The notes under the pieces: model-generated
The model's input: only the letters and a program-made list of their open reading frames with translations
Told to the model about the DNA's origin: nothing
Database searches by the model: none
Origin: Amoeboaphelidium protococcarum X5
Taxonomy: Eukaryota > Fungi > Aphelidiomycota
Assembly: GCA_023515725.1 (NCBI GenBank)
Contig: JALDTO010000146.1
Span: forward strand, 372,001-436,000
Direction: 5' to 3'
Length of the DNA: 64,000 nucleotides
Shown: positions 51,518 through 64,000 of the stretch, one piece after another
Layout: each line of letters opens with the position of its first letter
Numbering within the stretch: the first letter of the stretch is position 1
Made by a program: the position numbers and the translations under genes

Positions 51518-54500
51518 ATGGAGATGTCGGGAGATGAGAAGCTGGAATTGAATGAGCTTCTGGTTGATGTTTAATCTTAGGAATTTTTAGAGAAGAAGGT
51601 GCAGAATGAAGTTGAAGATGAGATTTAAAAATTGGACGATGCGCGTGATGATAGATTGCTGAAGCGTCTGGACAATGAGATTCTTGCATTGAAGAAGAAG
51701 ATTAGTGTGTAGTAGGATAAGGTTGATAATTTTAGAAATAATTATAACGCTGCTGCCTTGTAAGAGCTGGAGAGGCTGAAATTGGAATTGGATGAAAAGT
51801 ACTTGCTCAGAGATCAGGTTGTAGATCGTCATAACAAAGTGGCGAGTAGTAATGATACTGCGGTTACCAAGTAAGATCAAGAAGACCTGGTTGCTCTTGG
51901 TAAAGCGACCCCGTTTGACAGTTAAAATGGTAATACCGCTGCTTAACTAGACTCGCGCCCTGTAAAGACTCGATTTGATGCTCACAATTACATATCTTTT
52001 GATCGGAGTGATGACGTTGACGTTGGAGAGTTGAAAGATCAAGATATTGGCGGCGATAGTTTATAGGTTCGTGATATTAAAAGAGTAAATAATAATAAGA
52101 CAAAGAGTAGTAAGACTAAGCGTAAGAGACGACAATCAGTGCATAGTGACGATGATTACAGTGATAATGATGGTGGGGATTATGCCGAGAACGACAATGA
52201 CGGAGAAGAAGAAGACATTGAAGGTGACAGTAACAATTTATACTTTGATGATCTGCAAGATGATAAATTTAAACAGAGGATCACCTAGTGGGCATTGAAT
52301 AGATATAATTAGCGAAATCCCGACGCGAGAGTGAAAGAGCTGGAATGGAACGATGTCTTGAATGAATGTTTGTAAGAGAGCCCGGATGAACCGAATGCTT
52401 ACATTGGCGATCTATCTATACCGGGGGAGGTGTACACCAGGCTATTTGAGTATTAGCGCACATGTTTGAAATGGCTCTATGATCTGCATAATCTAAGTGT
52501 TGGCGGAATAGTTGGTGATGAAATGGGTTTGGGAAAGACTATCCAGATTATTGCTTTTCTGGCGGCATTATACTTCACACCAGGCAAGTGGTAGAATTCG
52601 GTGATTATCGTTTGCCCAGCTACGGTATTGACTTAGTGGTGTAAGATGTTTCATGAATGGTGGCCTCCCTTGAGAATTGTCATTTTACATTCATCTTCCC
52701 TGAGTCAGTATGGCGGTAGTAGTAACTTTAATAGCTCTTCTAGTATACGCAAGATTTTGAATAAAGTATGGAACGAAGGACACGTTTTGATTACCACTTA
52801 CGAAGGTGTAAGGCAACACCGAGAGTATATTCTGAATCGAAAGTGGGGATATGTAATTCTGGATGAAGGTCACAAGATTAGGAATCCAGAGGCGGATATC
52901 ACAATGTGCTGCAAGCAGTTCAACACTCCTAGAAGATTGATTCTTAGTGGGACGCCTATATAGAATAATCTGGTTGAACTTTGGAGTTTATTCGATTTTG
53001 TGTATCCTGGAAGACTGGGAACTCTACCTGTATTCTAATCTCAATTTGAAATTCCGATCAAGTAGGGTGGATATGCCAATGCTTCCGCGATGTAGGTGTA
53101 AGTTGCGTATAAATGTGCTATAATCTTACGAGATCTCATTAATCCGTACCTGCTGCGAAGGATGAAGGCTGACGTGGCTATATAGATGCCAAAGAAGGAT
53201 GAGAAGGTTCTCTTTGTTAAGTTGACAGACGTTTAAAGGTAGATTTATGAGGATTTTCTGCAAAGCTCAGAGGTGGAGAGTATATTTGATGGCAAGAGAC
53301 ATGCTCTATACGGAATTGATATTCTGCGCAAGATTTGTAATCATCCAGATTTACTTTTTATCAATAGCAAGAGTAAAAGTAAAAAGGCTGTAGATTCTAC
53401 CGAGGAAGACCAAGTTGACTTTTCTAAAAGTGGCAAACTTGTTGTAGTTAAGAATCTACTGCATTTGTGGAAGTAGAATGGACACAAAGTCTTACTGTTC
53501 ACTCAGACACGATAGATGTAGGTAATAATTGAGTAGATGGTGTAGAGTGAAGGCTATTCTTATTTGAAAATGGATGGCACCACTCCAATCAAGGATCGCA
53601 TGTCATTAGTCGATAGCTTTAACTGCACTAGAAGTGTTTATATCTTCCTACTCACCACTAAAGTTGGTGGACTCGGAGTTAATCTTACTGGTGCTGATCG
53701 AGTGGTTATCTATGACCCAGACTGGAATCCTTCGACGGACATTTAGAGCAGAGAGCGGGCGTGGCGTCTTGGACAGTAGAAGCCAGTTACCATATATCGT
53801 TTGATGACTAGTGGTACGATAGAAGAGAAGATATATCATCGACAAATTTTTAAGCAGTTTCTGACAAATAAAATTCTGAAAGATCCCAAGCAGCGTCGGT
53901 TTTTCAAGAGTAATGATCTGCATGACTTGTTCTCGTTGGCTCCTGCAGATTAATAACATAATGAGACGCGTTCACTTTTTGATAAAAGTGGTCAAGATGT
54001 TAGTGTGGATTAGTAAAATCTCCAGGTTGAAGATCATACCAGAGTGGAAGGAGTCGCGCGTGAAGAGTCTTTCAGAACGGCAGATAGTGCAGAGGGGAAA
54101 TCCGGATAACACAAGACTGATGATGCCGTCCTGGACTCTATTTTTCAGATGGATGGTCTCCATACTATTCTGAAGCATGATGCTGTCATGGATTCAACAA
54201 GGCCCGATTATGTCATTGTGGAGAGGGAAGCTACCAGAATGGTTGACTCTGCCATGTCGAAGTTAAAGAACTCGTACGATTAGTCACGATAATCTGCAGG
54301 TAGATAGTCATCATCACAGTAAGTTGATAGAAATGTTAATCAATCATCATCTGCGACCATATTAAATAGGCTTAAGAGCAGAAATAGAAATGCCAATAGT
54401 CCCTAAATTGAAAATGATGCCGAGGCGGATAAAAATACATAGTAAATCCTCGAAGCCATGATTAACCATCTGCGTAAGAAGCCAACTCAGAGAGCATCTA

Positions 54501-54721
54501 GTCAAGAGCTTGCCACTGTATTTCAATAATATGTCGGTGAGTAGTCCTCTAGTAATGCATCAGCTGGTGGCAATGATGATGAACTTGTGTTGTTTCGTCA
54601 ACTTGTGAAAGCGATCGCGACTTTTCATCGCTCCTCGTCCTCATCGACCTCTCCTCACGCTGCCGCCTCTAACAGATCACGAACTCAAGGTTATTGGTAG
54701 TTGAAATCTGAGTTTTAGTGA
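51518..54721 (+). CDS. RAD26: SNF2-family transcription-coupled repair ATPase Rad26/CSB (ERCC6), 1067 aa
   Basis: [77 protein letters not shown]-terminal FRQLVK..W.LK.EF. Confidence 0.96.
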
Positions 54722-55289
54722 CGCTATATACAATATAGATACATTTTAAAAAGTCTGAACACATTTGAATTGGACAATCTTATCTCAGTTAAAGCTTCAC
54801 TTAACGTCTTCGAAATGTCATCCACACTTGACGCAAAGACGCGATTTTAAATTGAATTAGAGTTCTTATAATGTTTAAGTAATCCCGCGTATTTATAATG
54901 TAAGAGTACTTTCATTTAAAAATAAGAAAGTTAGCCATATATTGACTTGTTAATGTTGTAGTTCTGGCTAATGAAGGTTATCTTAAAGACTCTGAATTTA
55001 TGGAATATTTGCGATATCTCTAATCAACGTGGACTCAGCGTGACTATGTGGATTGCATAAAATTTCCGGATTGTCTCCAATTTCTGTAAATGCTGATTGA
55101 GAGTGAAGATTTTCGAACTCAACTGCAACGTTAAGAATTTGTAGAATACCTACAGAAGTAATAGTACTACAATTGGAAGATGTAAAAATGAATGTACATG
55201 TTGCTACAGTGAATAAAAGATTCATTCGCATAGATAGATATTCAACTGCCAGTTATCAATTCATTGCTAAACGATGATGATAAATATGA

Positions 55290-56357
55290 TCAAAACTTCT
55301 TGGTGTCCAGAACGATACGGTAACGAACATCGCCTTTACGCACGCGTTCAATGGCCTCGTTCGCTTCCTTCAAATCCATCTTCTCAATCCATGGATGAAC
55401 ATCGTGCTCAGCTGCAAATTCCAACATCTCTTGGATCATAGTCGGAGAGCCAATCAAGGAACCGGTTAGTGCAATCTAGTTCATACACAGAGCACCAGCT
55501 CTAAACTTCAGATCTTCTTCTGGAATTCCCAGCAATACAACCGTACTATTCGGTCTCATAAGACCAAAGTACGTATCCCACGGCTGGCCTTTGTGATTGC
55601 TGGTGACAATCAAGATATCCAGCTTCTAAGCATTCTCCTTCACAGCCTACTCATCCTTAATATTCAAGAAACCAGTTCCACCGAGCTTCTTACACTCCTC
55701 ACGCTTATTCTCAGAGTGGGATACACAGACGACATCTGCGCCCATCTTGCTGGCAAACTGAACGGCCAAATGACCAAGACCTCCAATACCAACAACACCG
55801 ACTCTCTTACCGGCACCACACCCAAATCTCTTCAATGGACTGAAAACAGTCGTACCTGCACACAACAGAGGAGCCACCACGTCAGACTTCAACTTATCAG
55901 GAACAACCAAGCTGAAGCGGTAGTCAACACGGACAGCCTCAGCATATCCACCATAAGCAACTCCACCGTCTTCGTATACTGCATTATATGTGAACACTCT
56001 ACGCGGACACAACTGGTTCTCATTAGTCTTTGAGTTGCAGTATAGGCAAGACTCGTCACAGCAAGACCAAACTTGAGCACCCACACCAACGCGCTGTCCA
56101 ACTTTACGATATTTACCTGCATTCTCGCCGACTGCCTTCACCACACCAGAGATCTCATGGCCAACAACAATAGGATACTTGGTAGGACCCCAACCGCTGT
56201 CAATGGCGTGGATATCAGAATAGCATATGCCGCAGTAACAAATCTCAATCTCGATGTCGTTCGGGCCCAGAGGACGAGGCTTATAGCTAAAAGGCTCCAA
56301 CGGCTTACCCTTACCATGACATGCATACGCCTTGAACTAAACTTGCTCGTTTGTCAT
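55290..56357 (-). CDS. ADH6: Zn/NADP-dependent alcohol dehydrogenase (CAD/Adh6 family), 355 aa
   Basis: CGICYSDIH, VGHEISG, structural Zn cysteines, APLLCAGTTVFSPL, GIGGLGHLA, GDVRYRIVL. Confidence 0.9.
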
Positions 56358-56693
56358 ACTTGATTGTATTCTAGATCGTGAATGTTAATTGTTAATAAGA
56401 CTCAAATTGAGTGATGCAAATGATAGTTCTTTTGATGAAGAGTGACGAGAAGGAGCGCGCGTTCCCATTTCGCTAGTAAAGCTGAAACACGCGCGTCTCA
56501 ATGGATTGAATCATAGCGACATGTTACGTAAGCTGTTCCCCTACTATGCACACAGACGCTGCAATGTATCTGCAATGCTGCGAGTCCATTTAAATGATAA
56601 GCCGAGAAAAAAGCACTGCTTATACCCTATTAAAAATTGCTTTAGACATTCAGTGCAGTGACAATTAATTGCTAATCACTAACTGTTCTTATT

Positions 56694-57227
56694 TCATAGT
56701 TGTTCGCGTACGATGCACTTTTCAAAGCCACCGCGTTATAACGCAGTATCCTGAGGAACGCTTTGGGTATTAGCAGGATGATAATATCCTTGAAATATCT
56801 TGTACGTGTAAACCAATAGCCTAATTACCACAAAAGCCAGAACCATGTAATCTGGCATGATTTTTGACAGAAGAATGTCACCAATTGAGGAAAAAGGGAC
56901 GATTGAGAATGTTACAATCTCTAAGCGACTCCACTCTATAGGATGTTTTACGACCAACTACCAAAACTTGTACCAGCCCACATACACATAGAACACGTAG
57001 AATGCCAAGAACAATGGGCGCCTTATACTTATAATCTCGACAGCTTTGCCAAATAGAATCATCAGCCCAAGGTTAAGTATCAATAAAGCAAACAATGTAA
57101 ATATGGTCTTTACAGCTGCATAAACCACATCTAATGGATGCAAAGTGTTGTGATGTACTGCTAGTGGAGGCAGAATTTAAACATAATTAGATTTCTCGGA
57201 TTATGACTAATACTGTGCATGTCCCAT
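56694..57227 (-). CDS. Hypothetical small membrane protein, 177 aa
   Basis: Joins ORFs 56958 and 56736 under TAR=Gln; 3-4 hydrophobic segments. Confidence 0.45.
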
Positions 57228-57603
57228 GTCTATTTTATCAAGTAAACTCGCCCCAAATGCTTGGAATAAGAAAACGACACCTAGAATAGAAAAAAGATCT
57301 TTGTGGTCACTGTAAGTGTTTGCCTCTGGGAACTTGGCAAGACGCGTGTATGAAACAGAATGCAATTTCAATCAGTTCAGTTTAGAATAAGGGTAGAGTC
57401 GCGGCTATTGTACTTGTACTATTTCGTTTTTGTAATTTGTAAATTAGCTTACGTTGTTTTTGATTATTTCCGTAGTATCAAGGTAATATATTGGATACAC
57501 AATGTGTGCTACTTGGTAAAATCCAAGCAGCTTGCTGCGGAAAGTTTCTCGATGCTTCAAAACAAGTTCTTTTGCATTGATCATCATCACTTAAGTTTCA
57601 TAA

Positions 57604-59499
57604 TCAATCACAACCGTAAATCTTTAGATCTGGAGAAGCATATGTGCAGGACATGGAGATACTATAAAAATACCTTCTAAACTAACTTTCCGGGATAGCA
57701 AAAATGGTTGTGTCCTATATTCTTTGAACACCAGGAACGTTGACATCTGGAGAATTGGTGGCTCCCCAGGTGTTTGATAGCACAATCATCCCATCTTTCT
57801 AGTACAATAATGCGTACGCGTGATTAGGGACCAAATTTACACTTTCCACTAATGATTTGTCATCATGCGTATCGGCAACTGCCGCTTCTGTGCACGTTTC
57901 CGGAGCTGAAACGCTTAGTGGGGCAATCTTAGCAAGATCCTTAATTTCATTCACTAAAACAAATCCACTCTTTTAGCCCGTTAGCGCACGCAGAGCAAAC
58001 GCAGGACTCTTGCCTTCTTTCACGGAGACTTCTTCCAGAGCGAAATGTTCTGTAGCGGCGTCCAAGAATACCCCAGCCCATTTCGGATACCACCCAATAT
58101 CAGGCGAACTCAAATGATCATACCAACCGCTGCAGCTTTTGCTATAAACTTTTGGTTACAACTGCTAATCATACAGGGCAACATCGCAAGTGCTCCACAT
58201 CCCTCTTGGTGTCCAATTGTCTTTGCGCTTAACAGTGAACGTGGCCGGGCATCGATATGCCACCGCTGCCATGCCAGCCAAAAACCAACAATTTCCCCAG
58301 GTTCCTTAATTGATATCTCCAATATCCTTCAAATCTTTGTTGAACAAGTTAGTACTAAGAGTTCTACCATAATTGACCTACTTTGAATCTGCAGGTAGTT
58401 TCGGCGTAGGGCCAGATAGATCAGGAAGATCACCAATTGGAGGAAACGCAATCTACTGAGGATCAATCTCAGCACACAGGGCTCCAACCACAGATCCAGT
58501 CTCGTTGATAAATAATTTGGAGATTGCCCAGAATTTTCCATCGCCTGGACCCTTTGTATCTTCCGCAGTGCAAGACACTAAGTTAACGGAAGCAACTGAA
58601 TTTTTATAAGAGTCTTATACGAGTAGAGAATTCTGTTCAGAGCCAATGCATGTTGCTTGTGAGTAGTTACCTATGCTGCTCAGAGAGACTTTGGAGATCA
58701 ATCCGCCAGGACAGAATAAAGCATGAATAGGGGACTGGCCGTCTGAGTCTTAAGAGCGCGATTAGATGACTTTACTACCATACTATTATTTCATCTTATT
58801 CATATCCATACCGTTGCATTCAAAGTACGGAGAACGGTCTTACGATATTACTGTCATTAAACCTCGTCCGGAGCAGTCATAATCAGCGTTAGTCCGCTGG
58901 GGAGTCGGAGGTACTTCGCACATGGCATAAGCAATTGCACCAGTCGTTGAATTAACAAAAAGTTGAGAGACAGCAGACGCGGAAGAATTTTAAACCTCTC
59001 CGTACCAGATAGATGGACAGCTCTGGCCAGGGATGATCACGTTAAATCCAGGGTGGTCACCAACCATGGGACCATCGCGAGAGTTGATACACGATACGTC
59101 GCTGATTTGGTTGGTTTTGTTTAACTCATAATTGCTGATGAATCCACCATCACACGAATACGTTGTAAGACCTGTAGACTCAATCTTCACCTTGGCAGGA
59201 GTCGTAACAGCGGAAGAGAGATCAACAGATGTCAATCTTTACCCATTGACGGCACATATCGGGAGAGAATTGTTATTGAGACCAGTGATAAATGACGAGC
59301 ATTGATATTAACCCGGCACTGAGGAATTCTGATCAGATGCATTGCGATAAGTAGTTTCAATAGGAGTAATAGACACAATCTTAGTAGGAGGTAGAGATCT
59401 GATGACCGGTCCTTGTCGTGCCTAAGCATTATACGTCTACTGGCCGAAGAAGGACATCACAGCATATAATACTAACAATACTTGTAATGTGGAACTCAT
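57604..59499 (-). CDS. Secreted calpain-like (peptidase C2) cysteine protease with duplicated Cys-rich N-terminal domain, 631 aa
   Basis: Signal peptide; DINQGTWGNCWFLAGMAAVA (Cys at 58288-58290), ALRALTG, LVPNHAYALL (His at 57820-57822), LSNTWG (Asn at 57772-57774). Confidence 0.85.
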
Positions 59500-60848
59500 T
59501 GTTTACCTTACCTTTATAGTAAATTTTTCTATAATTACGAATTTCTTTAACTAATTGTGTATAAATAAAAAGGCTGAATAAAATCGCTAATCTACATGCC
59601 GTTATAGGTTGCATTGTTGCAAACGATGTCACAGGTAACACTATCAATGATGTGGCAGATTTGATTGGACACGGTTGCTTAAGAGTTGCCAAGATGCTAC
59701 TACAGTTACGCGTGTATCGAGTCACAAGACCAAAACCTAACGTATTGCAGCTCAGGCATTTAAATCATGTTACATTTATATAGTACACCTTATCAAACTT
59801 TAATGGGAAAGCAACTGATATCAGGAAGCAGATTTCACTATACGATTCGATTCGAATAATGTAAATGCAAAGCTTGAAGATTGGCAATGGCGACACGCAC
59901 AATACCAAGAGTAATGCTAGGATTTTGAAAAAATACATGTAAATTTGACGGCAAGATATAAATTTTAGGAAGACAAAATTATTTAATCTTTACCTTTTAA
60001 AATACAGGAAGGCCCATTTTTTTCGAATTTGAATTTATGATAATGCAGCACTTATCTATTTCCAATTGATTTAGCTCGTATTGGATCTGTATTGCTAATT
60101 TAAGGTAATTAAATTCAGATTACAGAGAACATCTTAATTTTGCAATTATCGACGTGATGGCAGAGATTCAATTTATAAATGCGTACATGAATGTAACCTG
60201 GATGCACCTTTCGATTGGGCAACTCTGACGTGAAAGTCAATGGTTGTTGACCAGGGCAGACGGTCTAAAACTTTAGTTATCTTCCAATTCAGAGTGTCCA
60301 TTAATATTGGTAATTTCTGAGTATAATGTAACTTGTGTCTTCAATGAAAAAATTGGCATGGTTCTAACAAACAACGAACGATAAGACAGATTTATGATAT
60401 CACGAATCACTACCTTATCTCTAGCCAATACTAGATAAACGATTGACAAAGCGCGTGGCAGGATCTTGTTATGCAAATTCATCGGCCCATTGATCAAGAT
60501 CCCTACCTTCTCTCATAGCTTAGAATCTATGCTTATTCCAGTGCCAACTGTATACAAATATTGACGTACTGATAGCAAAAAGAGTCAGAGAAGTGGTCCA
60601 AAATAGTGTTTGACGCGTTGCAAAAGACAGCTTGCTCGGTCTATTATACAGCTACTCAGACAGATGAGTTTTAGACTTTGAGGAGCTATCTTGAAATGCT
60701 AATCTAGAGGATAATAAAAATTTAGAGTGATACATTATTATTACAAATTCTCTGTTGTAATAGACAAATCGAGAAACGAGCAAACCTGCAAATGACGCGA
60801 AAGGAACAAGAAGCCTTATTATTTATTGAACTACAGTAATCAGCGCTA

Positions 60849-62834
60849 TCATTTACTATCAGAAATTTTCTTAGGTTCCTCCAATGTAGAAGGTGCTCTG
60901 AAAGACGGACGTCGCTTACTAGAATCTATGATGGTTATTGGGATGTTCTTGGCACCCATGTCATACTGGTCCGATAACACATCCAGACTTAATCGATTGT
61001 TGGCTACTTTATCTTCCTACTTCTTGGTATTGGTAAGTGTTGTTGCCAGTAATCTCTTCATATTCAATAGACTTTCCTTCTACTAGACAGTTAATTCCGA
61101 CATTTTCTACTGTGATTCAAGTTAAGCCAGCTGCTAATCATTCTATCGTCTCGCAAGAAATCCTAGACGAACATTTCCACCGCCACCAAACTTCTGAATT
61201 GAGCCCTTGGACTAATTAAGTACATCTTGTTGATTCAAAGAGTCTAATGCTGCTGCAGTCTTTGCAATTTCATCATCCAGCTGGGATCCAAAAACTTGGA
61301 CCAAGCTTTCTATTTTTGCAATCAGGCGATCATTCTCTTCCAGTAAGTTTTTATTCTCTCTAGAAATTTTCTCTTTATCAGAATAGATCTCATCTTTCTA
61401 CTTACTTAAAGCCTTATTCTCTTCCAAGTAATGACTTATCGCCTCATGGGCTTCATTCAATTGCTTCTCGAGCAAGCTTTTATCCACCTGCTCACTCTCT
61501 CTCGCGGTAAAGGAGTCTACCAGACCGGATAGAGTGTCATTATCCCCCTTCAATTATTAGATCTATTTTCTCAGATTCAAAATCAACTCCTCCCTTGGAT
61601 CCATCTGTAGAACTGGCTTATTCTGAATTTTACGAGCGCGACTCGCATATCTCAACGTGTTCAGTGTCTCATTCAGATTTACGGAACTAGGAGATACACA
61701 GGCAATCATGAGCGCTAATCCATTGCCACCCAAAGTCTCAAATAACAGCTTAGTCAGCTTTGAATCTCTGTACGGGACGTGAGCTTGAGATTTCTTACGC
61801 TTCATCTCTGCCAATGCTGAGATACAATTGCCTAAACACAGCAAACTCTTGTTAATACTAAGAGATTCGTTAAACATCTACCCAGTAGCCTTGGACTCTT
61901 TAACACGTTCGCTACCAGCCAGATCTACAAAGTTGATTTTGCCCATTTTTCGAATGAATCGTCCATCATCTGGATCTACTGTCTCACTCTAGATTATGAG
62001 GGTGAGCATACTATGAGATCTGGACGATCTCTCATTCAATTTATGAGAACCAACTTTCCTATTTCTCAATCCCTCTTCCAGCACGGCCATACAGTCATCC
62101 AGCACGTCGCATTCAACTTCAAATAAATTTTCAACAAAGAATCCATTCTCCTTGTTATATCTGACAGGGAGCGATGCAGCGGATGGGTTCAAGAGATCTT
62201 GAACATGCTCATTATAAATTTCCAAGTACGACGCTTTTATGGTGAACTCCTCCTCAGTGTCCAATTAGTCCATGTACTCAAACATGTAAAACAATGAGCG
62301 CGGTATCAGCCCCCAATGCTCCTATTCAAACTAACTAAAATCCACTTCGTCAGGCCCGGTCAAGCTGTGAGTCTTACCACTACTGGTCTAGCCATATGCA
62401 AATACGCACGAGTTGTATCCTTGCACAGCCTTCTCGATCAACACCTTAACGCCACAGCTGTCAAAGAACTCCTTCTAATTTGTTTCAGACCCAAAAACGT
62501 GATTGAAACGCAGCGAAGGAGTCGGCTTTCCATCGGTCGATTTCGCAGTGATCGTCTGTCCATCAGGGAGCTGAAACACTGCCTGGCCATCGTTTCGCTG
62601 ACTCTCTAGTTAGTTCAAAGGTCGGATTCTTATCACAACTTTAACGGTATCATCATCAGTTATTTGGGAATAAGTCTAACCAGTGGGACTTCCAAGGCGG
62701 GAGTCATCAACTGGTGATGCACTGAGTGGAGGTGAATTTGAGACTCCCGAATGACCATCTTCAGCGTAGCTAGTCCTTTTTGAAGATGCCGCCGAACCAT
62801 TTTACTTATTCTTCGGGTTGACATTCACTCTCAT
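60849..62834 (-). CDS. KIF12: Kinesin motor, KIF12/kinesin-16-like, 661 aa
   Basis: [95 protein letters not shown]. Confidence 0.8.
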
Positions 62835-63117
62835 GATAAATCCGGGGTTTATTCTGATAGAAAATGTTAGTTTTGTTAGCTTCTCCAAAGAAAAACAGCG
62901 TTTGATTAACAGTGAATGGAATTGACAATATAAAACAAAGCCATGCGGAGTAGTCAAGCGAAGACAAACTGATTGAAATGCTATCTGTTTGAAAGAAAAT
63001 TCCAGACATGCAGTCTATATTGATGTCATCATCATATTCTAACATCAATTTATTATGGAATAAAGAGATATAATAACGTGCAGCTGATTGCCGTGTCCAA
63101 CTTTATAAAGTACATGC

Positions 63118-63837
63118 TCATATCAACTGTCTCAGTTTCAAATGATAGATGATCTCTTCCACTTTCTTGATGTCATACTTTAGACTGTCATATCGCTTTC
63201 TCACACTATCATTCTTCAAGTTTAACAACTAAAAGTTCTTATTCACCAACATCAAGTACTGTTGAATGCGAACTGGCATCCAGTACACCTTAGAAATTAC
63301 TGACGTAGTGCCAAAACGAGATAACTCATTGCAACTACTGAGAATACCGTGCAGAACATCCTCCATGCTCACAAAGAACCGGGAATCGGCGCTTTGACTC
63401 AATTCACCGCCAGCCAAACCAGCGACGCGCAATCCAGTGCACTTTTCAACGTCAGACACTTCAACGATTGAGATTGAATTCGATTCAGCAGCAGTGCAGG
63501 CCTACAGAAACTTTTACATACACTTGAGATATATCACATTCTACAGGGCCATCTTGAAGCTGTCGTTGTACTTGTAGTACTGGCCATCGGGAATAATTGC
63601 TTCAAATTTACTCAACTCTGGCTTCACTTTATCAAAGGTGGATTCCAAAGCGCTAATGACACGCGTGATGGTTGATTACATCTCCTCCACCGATTAAGCC
63701 TGGTGAAGCAGCGAAATTTCAAGATTACCCTGACGAGCACAGTCATCCACCTTCTTGACCAGCTCTTAAATTTGTGCCTTCACGTTCTCTTCTTTCTCTA
63801 ACGCGTCTTGAACTGATTATATGAAGTACGAGCTCAT
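63118..63837 (-). CDS. TSN: Translin (C3PO subunit), 239 aa
   Basis: QYYKYN, EDVLHGIL..NELSRF..SV, FQLLNLKNDSVRKRYDSLKYDIKKVEEIIY. Confidence 0.92.
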
Positions 63838-64000
63838 TTTTATAGTGATCGTGAATTGGTTCTCAGGGGAAGAGATATTTGGAAAGCCTAAATTCATAGT
63901 TAAATTTGATGATTTCGAAACTTTTATAAAATGCCATCTATTTATTATATAATATTATGATAATCATTTCTTTACACTGAGTAATCCAACGCCAAGCCGC

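Noticed and set aside
54700-55231. Small minus-strand ORF with a hydrophobic N-terminus
   Set aside because: No motif, it runs into the RAD26 3' end, and long chance ORFs are common when only one stop codon exists.
59500-60840. Possible gene between the calpain and kinesin genes
   Set aside because: Only short TGA-interrupted frames with no homology signal.

Overview
Gene-dense, almost intron-free eukaryotic (opisthokont, fungal-side) nuclear DNA read with a non-standard code: TAA and TAG encode Gln and only TGA terminates. This is why the supplied ORF track is fragmented. Re-translating by hand with TAR=Gln joins the fragments into about 33 genes, each ending at TGA. The code, gene content and compactness fit an aphelid such as Amoeboaphelidium protococcarum; this is an inference, not a database hit. 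Housekeeping genes include SPC3, ASA1-like, an RNAi RdRP, COQ1, a villin-family protein, ALKBH1, a Ctr copper transporter, SPB1, LYRM5, FBP1, TIM50, SmG, STE14, LCL2, SWA2, a PCL cyclin, SAP18, VPS74, SLMAP, RAD26, ADH6-like, KIF12-like and translin. The most interesting accessory content is: a Fanzor2/IS607-TnpB-like RNA-guided nuclease locus (48.8-51.1 kb) adapted to the host code, with an intact RuvC triad, a lost zinc finger and two compensating frameshifts; a secreted violaxanthin de-epoxidase-family lipocalin in an apparently non-photosynthetic organism; a plant-type core alpha-1,3-fucosyltransferase; a Crinkler-type NTPase-nuclease; a secreted calpain with a duplicated Cys-rich domain; and a tandem pair of secreted orphan paralogs. 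All assignments come from manual translation and motif recognition, with no searches run.
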